Shown here: one piece after another, positions 13,792 to 25,399 of the stretch
How the letters are laid out: each line of letters opens with the position of its first letter
Numbering within the stretch: the stretch's first letter is position 1
Assembly: GCF_001194135.2 (NCBI RefSeq)
Contig: NC_068982.1
Coordinates: 145,828,851-145,870,314, forward strand
Direction of reading: 5' to 3'
DNA length: 41,464 bases
From: Octopus bimaculoides
Taxonomy: Eukaryota
Made by a program: the position numbers and the translations under genes
Notes under the pieces: model-generated
Database searches by the model: none
What the model saw: the letters and a program-made list of their open reading frames with translations, nothing else
Told to the model about the DNA's origin: nothing

Positions 13792-14973
13792 GCATCAAGA
13801 CAATTAACACCTTGGATAATTGCCACCCCCAATTACGATTCCTCCTGAAAACAATTCCCCCTAGGTTAATTACCATCCTTGGTTAATTACCCACTCTCTA
13901 ATATATTAAGAAGTTTTAAATCTTCGTCTAAAAGTTCAAATTATACGCAATTCCTCGCAAATATTGTATCACATTTATGTTTTAATAATTGCTAACTACG
14001 GCATTAATACGGGCTGAAACATCTAAATATTTCTTTCTAGATGGCTGTTTAGCAAAACTCGTCAGGGATTGAGTCATAAGCACTTGTTTTAATGCCTGTT
14101 CTCTTTTGAAATATTTTAAAACTTCCAAATGTTTGTGTGGCTTCCACGACATTGTTCTTGTAAGTTCATCTGACGTTCTGTTGTACACATTCCATAGATC
14201 CATTCCAAACACTGGTTCTCGCCGTCTTCCTCTTCGACATAGTCGTCCTAAGTATGTATCCTAAAAGTAATCTTGCAAGGAATATGTTGCTGGTAAATGT
14301 ATTTCACATAGGGTTTCAAAATGTTTTCAACATTACAAGTAGGAACAAAAGATAAAGCAGGCATCATTCTCACGGAGATTGGAAACACTTTATCCTTTTG
14401 GTATCGCTGTTGAAATCTGTGAAATTGAATGTTCCTATAGATGCTTTGGCTAAAGTGGAAACAACAACCGTTTATCTTGGCTTGAGGAAATGCCAAATGT
14501 AAACTATTAACCACGGCCTTTTCAAAATTACCATGATAGTTTTGGGTGCTAAATCTTGTTTCAATGAATTTAGCTGCTCCAGAAGATTCGTGTAAGTAGT
14601 TTGGTTTTTATCAGGTAACAGAGTGTAAATTAATGGCACTGAACTATAATCAACAACAAACACATTTCGTCATTATTAAAGTCTTAGATTAAAAATAATA
14701 TTATCAAAACATGATGGTAAAACAGAAGACGTCAGTGGAATCAGTCGATCTCCATACAGAAATTATTTTCCTTCTGCAAATAAAAACTACACACGTTAGG
14801 CGCGCCCTTCTCTAAGCCGCACACTACATTTCCCACGTAGCGGCTTATACATCGGAAAATACGGTACATATCAGGGGTTAACTGCTTAGTGGTAATTGTT
14901 CTAAGAGGTTGTTGTCCCTTGTGGGTGGGTGGAGGGTTTGGATATTGTCCATGGAGGCAAATGTCCTAGACTC
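13792..14973 (-). mobile_element. Internally deleted Mutator-like (MULE) transposon with TIRs and degenerate 9-bp TSD
   Basis: Minus frames give VPLIYTLLPDKNQTTY..LAPKTIM, AFPQAKINGCCFHFSQ, ALSFVP and DLWNVYNRT. Left end 13792-13895 carries repeated ggacaatt(g/a)ccc-like motifs; right end 14874-14973 carries their complements. Flanks are atactgtcc (13783-13791) and atactgcta (14974-14982). Confidence 0.88.
14810..14866. mobile_element. Single Tc2/pogo-like terminal inverted repeat end nested inside the MULE
   Basis: gcggcttatacatcggaaaatacgg|TA is the reverse complement of TA|CCGTATTTTCCGATGTATAAGCCGC, which matches the TA-flanked CCGTATT... ends I recall for Tc2-group elements. No partner end was found. 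Confidence 0.5.
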
Positions 14974-17900
14974 ATACTGCTAGATTCTATGACAACAAGA
15001 TACCATTATTGATGATGTGAGGCATTACTCTCTGTCAGTGAGAAACCCATGCTATTTAGCTGACAACATAGATATTAGAAAACAATAATTTCTGCTTTCA
15101 ATGGAATTCTAGATATATAGGTTTCTTATTATGAAGACCTGAAATATAAAAAATATGAGGAGCCAGTCTAAATGTTGCTAAAGAATTTATACAGATTATA
15201 TGCCACGGCACCAAATAAGCGTCATGAAATAAAAAAAATAGTCTTCATCTTCTCCTAAATCATGTCTTAGCCACCTGTATATTTTACTATCGTTCGTTCA
15301 CCTTAGATGCTTCCTTTTCTGTTTAGTTTTGCGTTTCGCATTTCCTATTCATTCTTAATTCGGTTGCATTTTTTTCTCTATCTTCGTTTGTTTCTTTTTA
15401 CTTTCGATATTTTTTACGCCTTTTTGGATTTTATTCATTTTCGCAGCATTTTTCACAATACTTCTAATTTATAGTTTTTCAACATATCTCATATCATCTA
15501 TTTCTGTTTTTGTCATGTGTACTGTTATAATTTAGAAATATTCGTTTTATTAATCATTTATTTATTATTCTCTCTTGTTTCTCCCGGAATCACTTCCATC
15601 ATATTTTGCAGTCAAAAGAAAATATCTATCAGTGTCGTATTTCTCACTACCATGATATTTTTTTTATATTTGATTTTTCACTTTTATTCTCTCGTTAATA
15701 TCTTGTTTCTTCTGCAGCATCTCTTAGCTGCTTTCTTTTATTTGTTCCGTTACGTTTGGTGGGTTAGTATTTTTCATTCTTTCTAATCTCTCATTATCGT
15801 TCAAATTATCTCTTACCTTTGTGCGTCTCTTTGATTCTGATCGATCTCCTCAAAGTCCATTTCAATTATTATTTCCTTTTCCATGTCTTTGTGAAATTAT
15901 TTTTCTAACATCCAAGGTTTATAGGTACAACACGTCTCCGACTTCCTCAGCGCACGAGATTACACAGGTATGAGTGATATGAGATACATTTCTAAATAAT
16001 CTATACATATCCCTTCGACTAAAATATAGAATAGAAACAAAATAAAATCTGTGGATATAAGTCTGCAGAGTTCTGATTTTCTTTGTTGAAGTGTACGTCA
16101 ATAATATGTAAGCAAAACACACATACACACATGCTCAAGCATGAACGCATAGGACAGCTCGTTTTTAAAATCTTCTACGTTCTTGCAAGACAAAAATTAA
16201 AAATAAAATGCATTGAATAATCAAGAAAATTTTTAAAAAATGAAAATACGGAGAAATACGTAAAGTAAGGAAAGAAAAGATAAAGATGCTTAAATGTTAA
16301 TCTTCGTGCGTTAGAATTCAATGAAAACAATGATTTCGACTAAGAGGTATTTCAATAGCAAGCATCTTTCGGGGTATAAGTGAATCACAACATCTCACGC
16401 CTTTGTTACAAATCCTGTACATATCAATCAAGAGACATGACAGTAGTTATCGTTGCAGACAGTGTTTATCGCAGCGTTTGAAATATCCGCGCTTATCTAA
16501 TGGCTGGAATTTCAGCCAAAAGTAACAAAGATGACCATAACTGGTTACGCAGAATGTCAATAACTACGTTGTTGCGTGTAAACGGATAGAGAAGCGTGAT
16601 GTTTCCCGCTTCTCCCACACAATTCGAGTGCATGAAATTATGGAAGTGGCTGTGTATCATTGTCGTTGCTTTGCAGAATAATTCAATCATCGTAAAACCA
16701 CCATGCTGATTGTAATTGTGAGTTTACCAGATATGAGTCAAAGAGTGATATCTATTAGAAACGCAGGGTTTGAAAATCGCAGGATTCGTCTTAAGTGCGA
16801 ACACACAATACGCATATCTGGATCATCATTTCAATCGATCTCATGCAAAACGCCAATTGTCAAGAAAAAAATCAAGTCATTTGAGTTTGCATGAGAATAC
16901 TGTTGATAAAGAAAGTAGTTGAAAAGATTCCCAAACCTCGGTGTACCAGCTGGTGAGGTGCGTCTGCAGGTCATAAAATAGATGTTCGGCATCACGACTC
17001 GTATTCCAGCATGACGATGTATTGCACGAGTCATCTGCAGTTGATTCTTTCAGAGAGTTACTGCAACCAAACTATGGAAGAAAATAATGGCTTCTTCCAT
17101 ACTCTATCTGAATGAAATGCAAAGATGTGACTAAATTTCCACACATGCACACATACACATAAGTACATGTATATGTGTATGTGTGTGTGTAAATGTATGC
17201 ATTTGTGTATGTATGTATGAATGTGTGTGCTTGTGTGTATATATATGTAGGAATATATATANNNNNNNNNNNNNNNNNNNNNNNNNNNNNNNNNNNNNNN
17301 NNNNNNNNNNNNNNNNNNNNNNNNNNNNNNNNNNNNNNNNNNNNNNNNNNNNNNNNNNNNNNNNNNNNNNNNNNNNNNNNNNNNNNNNNNNNNNNNNNNN
17401 NNNNNNNNNNNNNNNNNNNNNNNNNNNNNNNNNNNNNNNNNNNNNNNNNNNNNNNNNNNNNNNNNNNNNNNNNNNNNNNNNNNNNNNNNNNNNNNNNNNN
17501 NNNNNNNNNNNNNNNNNNNNNNNNNNNNNNNNNNNNNNNNNNNNNNNGTGTGTGTGTGTAAATATGTGTAAAAATAGAAACAAATATCCACATCACAGTC
17601 ACTGAGGTCAGCTCGTGATCTCCGATGAACTAAGTCATTTATGGGTTGATCTGAAGCTTTAGCAAACATCTCTGGTTCAGTAATCCTCACTTGTAATGAA
17701 ATAGAATATACCGTAATTGCAAAGTAACCTTATAAGGCCCTCGACCATTTCACTTTCACACTTCTAAGCATACATATAAGATGTGAAAGATGCCTCTGCT
17801 TTTTGGCATGCTGCGCAAGACGATATATCAATAACTTTTCTGGTCAGAACCAGTAAAATGGTAAACGTGTAAATGAAAATATATCAGATTATATAAATAA

Positions 17901-18534
17901 GTTTAGAACAGATGCATTTAATGATTTACAAAAATATTCTTGATTAATTGGAAATTTCTTCTTAATTTAAAAACGAAAAAAAAATGAAAAATGAAATTAA
18001 TTTTTAGGGATTCTCAAATAAAGGAAAATAAGTTTGACAAATTAATAATTAATTTTACTAAATTTATTTACAAGCTTAAGGGGGAATTTTGAAGTTTATT
18101 TGCAGTCAGAGGGGCAACTATGGATCTTGTCGCACACAATATGACATCAACAATAAAATAATTATCAAATATCTGAGTATATCATGCACAAGCAACCAAA
18201 TAGCCAATTTACACACGACATATATTAAAAGAATATGCAATACGTTTCGTGTGTTAACGTCAAAAATGTAATAATATTATGGAGCAGAAACAAATTTCAT
18301 TATGTACGACATCACATGCTATATTAACAGCAACTATGCAAGTAATTATGCAGCCAATCAGAGATTTGCAATTTAGTTCAGTATTTTTCCCTAACAACTC
18401 GGTCCGGATTTCGATATCACTGCGTCGTAACGATTTTGTTATAGATTAAAATGTAAGCCGGAACTTCCTCAAATTATGTACCCCTAATTCTCAATGTTCT
18501 TAGACATGGCAAAAGACTTTAAAACATACGTATC

Positions 18535-18757
18535 TTTTATCTTTTACTTGTTTCAGTCATTTGACTGCGGCCATGCTGGGACAGCACATTGTAGGGTTTT
18601 TATCGAACAAATCGATCGTAGGGCTTATATATTTTAAGTCTAGTTTCTTATTTCATAGACATCTATTGTCGAACCGCTAGATTACGAGGATCTAAACACA
18701 TCAACACCTGTTGTCAAGCAGTGGTGAGGGACGAGCACAAACACAAAGACACAAAGA

Positions 18758-18815
<58 letters not shown>

Positions 18816-18991
18816 ATATATATATGCCACAGGCTTCTTTCAGTTTCCGTCTACCATATCCACTCACAAGGCTTTGGTCAGCCCGAGGCTATAGTAGAAG
18901 AGACTTGCCCAAGTTGCCACGCGTGGGACTGAACCCGGAACCATGTGGTTGGAAAGGAAGCTCCTTAACATCTAGCCACGCCTGCGGCTAT
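18535..18991 (-). mobile_element. Full-length tRNA-derived SINE (abundant Octopus-type family, recalled)
   Basis: The minus strand has a tRNA-like head (gcaggcgtggct..., B-box-like gggttcagtccc), a body with actatagcctcgggctgaccaaagccttgtgagtgg, a central (TA)n, and the tail gcatggccgcagtcaaatgactgaaacaagtaaaaga. Matching copies in this window confirm it is a repeat. Confidence 0.9.
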
Positions 18992-21362
18992 GCATTCATC
19001 ATATAGAAAGCACAAACAGTATTTTGTGCTTTGTCAACATTTCGAAAAATAGAAGTACTCATGGCAACAACATGTTACTTATAATGTAATGAGAAGCTGT
19101 CACAAGCACTCCAATGTACCCTTTATGTATAACACATCAGGTACTTCGTCTTAACAGTCTCCATCCTAAAACTTTTCTGCTTCTAAATCTAACTAGTAAC
19201 CATATCAACATGAGAAACATACGCAACCAATTATTCACGATCAAGTGAACATGCTTCTATTTCAATAAGCATCACTTATAATGACAGCGATCTAGTAACT
19301 TCCGTCACACACTGACAGTGTCCCCGACATATAAAGCTTATCTGTTGTAACTGTTTGAATGTGACCGCACCCACTTCTTACATACAGGTATTTCTACATA
19401 TATGTAAACAATGTATTTTAGTCCGAATAGGCATTATTCTTTGTGCTTTTTCTACCGAACTGCTTTGGCTGGAAATGTCACTTCTATTTCTAATTATTTT
19501 AACTTTCATTAGGTTGTGTTGAGAGAAAATCATATCGACAGATAAAGAATAAGTAGTATTTCTGTAGGGAGGAAGTATTAACTTTGTAATGAGGCATGTA
19601 CCCCAGGTTGGTTTGGTGGAGTGATCGATATCTCGGTTGCTCAGAGAGACTGTAAGCGTTATAGCAATCATAGAGGTGACATATCAGCAAATAAAAAGTA
19701 CGAGATATCATTAGATATACAAGTTGATAGACAAATATTGGTTAAATTTAACCTTTCTTTCCGATACTTTTTAAAATATTTGTCTTTAATACAATCCCCA
19801 AAATTATAGTAAAGTGCTTTACTCAGGCCGGCAAACTTTGAATTTCCTTTAATGTACTTTGGCTAAAATTCTGATTCATTTTTTAGATTACTATTGAGAC
19901 AATATCAAAAATGCATAAAAGTAGTGTAATGTAGCATTTAATGAAAATGTGGGATTTTTAGTGTGGGATCTTTACTGTTTGGCTGACTCTATTCAATTTC
20001 TCCAATTGTTCGAACTGATTTCAAATTTGGTGTAGTTTTGTACGCTCATACTTGTCATGAAATTCATTTCCCCCATAAATCAATAATTAAACAGTTAATA
20101 TTTTAAAAATTTTGCTAATTTTGGGTAATTTTAGCGAATCAAAATTCACAGACATATAGGTGCTTATTTCCATAGTAAAAATCCAAGCGTTGGAAAAGCA
20201 TTTATGAAAATCTACGTGTGTCTACAAACTGATATTTTACACTGTGTTTTGCTGCTTGTACCCAATTTTTGTTACTCCTAAAACAACAAAATGTATTGTT
20301 TACTCTTTTTTCACATTAATGCATATTGAATGTGTAAAACTACAAAATATGAACTACTTACTCGTTTTGGGGTCATTTTTCGCTTATTAGATACTTAAAA
20401 CACTTGCTAATATCGCAATATTATGATTATTGTTTTGTCGTATTACGTTTGCAGTTATGCAGAGAATGACACCTTCCAAATCCTGTTTTATGACTGGGTA
20501 AAAAATGATCAAGCTTTCAAAAAAAAAAAAAAAAAAAAAAAGAAATCTGGATCAAGTTAATTAGACTCTGAGATTCAAAATTTTAAAAGTGCAGCTAAAC
20601 AGAAATGATATTTACTCATAATTAATGAGATAATCTGAGGATTTTGTGTGGTTTTTTTCTGCTTTCTAATGTTTCTAAATTCTATTAAAATACATTCGTC
20701 CATTTATATATCAAATTCAGTCACATATCCTATCTATTTTTCTCACTCCATATTTACTTACTTCGCTAAATAACGCTAAATATACAGAGTAAAGACAATG
20801 AAACTTCAAATTCTCACAAATGCACAAATAGAACCCCAAGTTCGTATTGGATATTTTAATTACGATTACACATATATATGTATGTAAACTTTTGTGCATG
20901 TGTTTATGATTGTGTACGCCTGAGGAAGTTCAGTGCTCTCCAATTTGCTCAAAAATGATAAATGACTAAATTTGCAAGTTAGTTACAAATAGTGCCAGAT
21001 ATATGTGTGTATTGAAACAGACAGAAATCTTCGGTTTTATTCAGATTTCCCAACAAATTATTCATATGAAATAATTCCAGTTAATATGTCTCCATACTGA
21101 TATGTTTCCATATTTACGTCTCCATATCAACCTCTACCAGCTGGAATTGACAGCTAGATTTGGACCAAAACTAGGAACACAGATAAGGAAAGAGGCAAAT
21201 ATACTTTACATATATGAAATCTGAATCGAATATATTAATAACATCATTGACCATTTTGTCCTATCTATTGATACACACTATGACGAATACAAAATCCATA
21301 ATTTCTCCCTATATATGCGAATCTATCTATCTATATATCTATCTATATATCTATCTATCTAT

Positions 21363-21450
21363 CTATCAGTTTCTGTTCCAAACCGCTAATTTACGGGGAT
21401 GTAAACACACCAACACTAGTTGTCAAGCGGTGATGTGGGGGCAAACACTG
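21363..21450 (-). mobile_element. Internal fragment of the same SINE
   Basis: aaccgctaatttacggggatgtaaacacaccaacactagttgtcaagcggtg matches 18672-18725. Confidence 0.75.
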
Positions 21451-21527
21451 TGACATGGACTCTCATATAAATATATACATATACATATACATACATACAT
21501 ATACATATACATACATAGATATGTATG

Positions 21528-21573
<46 letters not shown>

Positions 21574-21583
21574 TATATGATTT

Positions 21584-22160
21584 AATAATAGGATAAAGTC
21601 TTTATAAAAATTTATCAAGTAGTTAGCGTTTAAAAAACCTCATAAGGGAAAAAAACCATCATTTTCCCTATAGATATACTTAATTTATATAAGGGCATTA
21701 CTATACAATAACTCCTCACTCTAAGAGGGACTCCAGAAGTCAAACTACTATAATAAACACATTTTCACTGATCGCGAGGGAATGCAACTCTCAAAGCTAA
21801 CCTCCTAAAAGCTTTTAAATTAACGGTATACCATGGTTTCATAATCAACGCAGTAATCTGCATCTTTTATTCATCAGTACACGTATGGTCAAGACACATA
21901 CAAATAAACAAAAATCAACATACCCGACGAACACTCCATGTATTCAGCATAGTACATACAAGATTGTTTACTCCTATATATCCATGAAAGAGGCGGGCTT
22001 TTTGAATTACACTTCGGTACATGTGCTTTTAAAGAATAATATTCAGCACTGAATATATTCTAATTATTTATAATTCAATAATAGGATAAAGTCTTTATAA
22101 GAATTTATTAAGTAGTTAGCGTGAAAAAAACCTCATAAGGGTAAAAACCAGCATTTTCCC
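21584..22160 (-). repeat. Pair of ~85 bp direct repeats (21584-21668 and 22077-22160) bracketing the hammerhead; pseudo-LTR/retrozyme-like unit of ~493 bp
   Basis: Both copies begin aataataggataaagtctttataa and end cattttccc, with about 6 substitutions and 1 indel in 85 bp by manual alignment. Copy 1 abuts a (TA)n tract. Confidence 0.85.
21823..21884 (-). ncRNA. Type I hammerhead ribozyme (minimal, PLE/retrozyme-like)
   Basis: Minus strand reads ACGUGUA-CUGAUGA-[AUAA aa GAUGCAG auua CUGCGUU ga UUAU]-GAA-ACCAUGGU-A/UACCGU. The core CUGAUGA and GAAA are intact. Stem II is 4+7 bp, stem III is the 8-nt palindrome ACCAUGGU, the cleavage triplet is GUA, and stem I is 6 bp with one bulge. Confidence 0.85.
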
Positions 22161-22189
22161 CATTTTTTTTTGCGGGGGGGTGGGTGATA

Positions 22190-22430
22190 TTGTATTGTAT
22201 CCGTAAGTTTTGTTATCAGGATTTGTTTGAGTCTTCTGTTATATTAGTTTTTATATTGTGCGTTGTTTGTGAAGTGCAAATTGTGTTCTTCTGTCAGGTA
22301 TCGGCCTTCTATGGCACATTTTGTGGGTTTTGTTCATTTTGTAGGGCATTTACTCTATGAATTTATTCTTGAATGTTTTTTTTGGAGGGGGGGGGTATGT
22401 TGTATAGTATTCCATGTGTGTAACTTATAA
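22190..22430 (-). mobile_element. Penelope-like element fragment (region leading into the GIY-YIG endonuclease), degenerate
   Basis: Minus frames give LISYTHG...SKCPTK*TKPTKCAIEGRYLTE...NIKTNITED...NPDNKTYG, resembling the PLE pattern SYS..HN..CNC..CP..G.CL.E.IY.A....TYIG. The stop (TGA) and the Y (TAC) are each one base from TGC. An alternative frame, YNRRLKQILITKL, resembles R4/Dong RT, so the call is uncertain. Confidence 0.5.
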
Positions 22431-22529
22431 GTTAACTCTTTTATAGTATTTATGATTATCTGTCTGCAGTTCTTTCTCTTTTGGTTGGTTTTGTTATGGG
22501 CACCGTTAATTATTATTATTTTCATTATC

Positions 22530-22760
22530 ATCTTCTTTCAATTCTTCTTCTCCTTCTCCTTCTCCTTCTTCTTCTCCTTCTCCTTCTTCTTCTTCTTCTT
22601 CTTCTTCTCCTTCTTCTTCTTCTTCTTCTTCTTCTTCTTCTTCTTCTTCTTCTCTTCCTTCTTCTTCTTCTTCTTCTTCTTCTTCTTCTTCTTCTTCTTC
22701 TTCTTCTTCTTCTTCTTCATCTTCTTCTTCTACTTCTTCTTCTTCTTCTTTTTCTTCTTC
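22530..22760. repeat. (TTC)n/(CTC)n microsatellite, ~230 bp
   Basis: Read directly from the sequence. It explains the poly-F/L/K ORFs in the track. Confidence 0.98.
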
Positions 22761-22859
22761 TGCACTGACTAAACAAATTTGGCATGTTTAAGAATCCAAC
22801 ACATATAAAGACAAATTTAGAAAGAATCAGTAGTTAACAACAACAACAACAACAACGAA

Positions 22860-23399
22860 GATGACGCCGACAACAACATCAACAATAGCAGAAAAGCGAA
22901 GAAACGCCACAATGCCGATACAGCACGTCTACAGTAATCGCAACTGGTCTGGTAGTCAAATCGACATTCTCGTTAACGCATGGTTCATTCTTTCTCAAAC
23001 TGAAAACATCCATACCCCCTCTATACATCTCATTGCTAGGAGAGTTGTTTGGTATTTCGATAATCGCCAAAAGAGACAAAATCAAGACAAACTGAAGCAA
23101 ATTACTACTTCATATAGTAATTTGCTTCGTAATTAACCACGTCGATAAACTCGCTCAAATCTTTCCAACAACCAAAGCCCGCGACGAGCAACGGTAATAG
23201 AAAGATACAACAACTACAACCACATCAGCAGCAAAAACAACAGTTTCAACTAGCAGAACAATAAAAGTAGCAATAATGACGACAGCAGAAACAAGTCCCG
23301 TAAACCACTGTACCACAAAAGACTCAATACCATCCTCATTGACATTACTGCCATCATCATATACTACTACTACTACTATTACTACTGCTACTGCTGCTG

Positions 23400-23435
<36 letters not shown>

Positions 23436-25010
23436 ATACTACTACTGCTACTGCTACTGCTGCTGCTGCTGCTGTTGCTATACTACGACTACTACTACCC
23501 CACAGCCCCCATCACCACCTATAATACCAATCTCAACCACACCTTCGTTCTCAGTCACCCACCACTACTGCCTCAACGTTAGTATTATCAAACTATGCCA
23601 CATCTATTACTACTACTACTTCTTTCAGTGTTCAACCTGAACTTCATTTTTTTTCTGCATGTCCACCTCCCTTGCCCCAATATAATCAAAATGAAAGAAA
23701 TTTAGACCTAAGACTATTTACAATCCACTGCCTCTTAAAACTTCCATACATCTACAATGAAACCCGAAATTTCGCTGCCATTCTTCACACGCAACACTAT
23801 GCACATGCCGTGACTGCAACCTCACAGCTATACCAGGAACAAAATATCCAATTAATAAAGCAACTCCAACTATAGTATATCTGCTACAACAGTACCTACA
23901 CCAAAATCGAAATCAATTCATAACCCTAAAATCTACCTATATTCCCGGCGCTATGGGATTCTGCTTGTAGCATCTCTCCGTGACTCGTCTTACCATCAAG
24001 AACGTACCGACATGTAATTTTCTCACAACTCAGGTACCCTAAAAGTACCCAGTGATTACAAAAACAAAATCTACAGCTCCGGTTCAAAATTTTCCACCAA
24101 CTCAGGAAACTGGGAAACATTCAGTAGGAACACTAACGAACCAAAGAAACGACAAAACTGTCAGTGTAATCACAACTCCAGCCAATACAATTTTTCCTGA
24201 TCAGGTAACTTCTTTTTTATCCATGCAGAACCTAGAAAAAGTGATTCAGCAAAGTATCTGAGCTACAAGACAGTACTACCCCCTGTCACTACCCCAGTGC
24301 ATAGACTTGATGCCAATAAACCATAAATCTTTTTCGAACGCTACTCCAGTCTCAACATTTTTGCTGAATGCGCAAGGCTTCAGTTCATCTCGCAATTAAA
24401 AAATAGGGATAGACCAGTTCATTTCAGACTGGCTTTCCGACCACCCTTATCACATTCTTTTGTTTGTTTTTGCTGAAACTCACCTAAACAACTCACTCTT
24501 GGAAGATAATGTAAAGAAGAGGAATTATAATACCATTCATACAGAAGAAAGAGAAGTGTTGTTATTTTCATACATGACTCATTTACAAATGTCTCATTCA
24601 CCAATGGCTTTTGTGTATCAGTATCTGCGTATAACAAAACTAATGATTTAGTAATAATTGGGCTCTAAACAACACTCCAAGCATCACTACAGTATTTTGA
24701 GACTTTCACTCAACACTGCTGATTTGATAGTTTAATAATGGGTGACTTTATTTCCCTTGTGTTGACTGATCTACTCATACTGTGAAGATAGGTGTGGGTA
24801 TTTCATCTCCAGCGAAAGCAGCAGTGGAATTAGTTTTCGAATTCATGAATGATTTTTTCCTATCCCAACTCGTGCTCGTGCTAATGAGATTTCCACAAGA
24901 ACACATTGAACTTAGTGTCTAGTAACTACACTAACATTATCCGTAATATTACAGCAGACGAAAAACTCTCCTCTCTGACCACGATATCTTTCACTATAGT
25001 TTGAGATTCG
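22860..25010 (+). mobile_element. Decayed CR1/L2-like LINE: ORF1 remnant (PHD-like) plus APE endonuclease of ORF2
   Basis: EN motifs are FAETHL (from 24469), MGDF (24738), PTR (24893) and SDHDI (24974). An upstream stretch at ~22960-23065, IDILVNAWFILSQTENI...LIARRVVWYFDNR, has PHD-like spacing with the cysteines lost. The region has many stops and (TAC/TGC)n expansions. EN is confident; ORF1 is weaker. Confidence 0.7.
23362..23496. repeat. (TAC)n/(TGC)n compound microsatellite
   Basis: Read directly from the sequence. A further (TAC)n lies at 26066-26130. Confidence 0.95.
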
Positions 25011-25200
25011 GGCAAACAATAGTGATGCAGAACGATCATGCTGCAGCACTTCTTTTTGACATCATAGATCTACAGGGTTTGTATCTAAAAGAAAAGTACT
25101 TACAGGAAAATATATATAAAAATAGAGGATAAATCGAAAAATCAACCAGCTAAAAAATCTCCGGTTTCCTTGAAATGTGTGTGTGTTTATGTAGGTAATC

Positions 25201-25316
25201 TGTCTCTCTGCTCTGTCTCTCTGCTCTGTCTCTCTGCTCTGTCTCTCTGCTCTGTCTCTCTCTCTGCCTCTCTCTCTTTCTTTCTCTCTCTTTCTCTTTC
25301 TTTCTCTCTCTCTCTC
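25201..25316. repeat. CT-rich microsatellite (ctctg/ctctgt then (CT)n)
   Basis: Read directly from the sequence. Confidence 0.9.
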
Positions 25317-25399
25317 ACATACACATACGTGTACTCATACACTCACATATATATATAATGTTTTGGAACAGTGGATCTCGAAGCAGATAAAGCTATAAA

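Noticed and set aside
15180-15900. Strongly strand-biased T-rich segment whose minus strand reads like a K/E-rich LINE ORF1
   Set aside because: Many stops and no diagnostic motif; could be low-complexity DNA.
18076-18487. Possible TTAA-flanked MITE (ttaaggggga...cccctaa); similar MITE-like texture at 12410-12890 and 19820-20400
   Set aside because: The inverted-end similarity is too weak to support without a repeat library.
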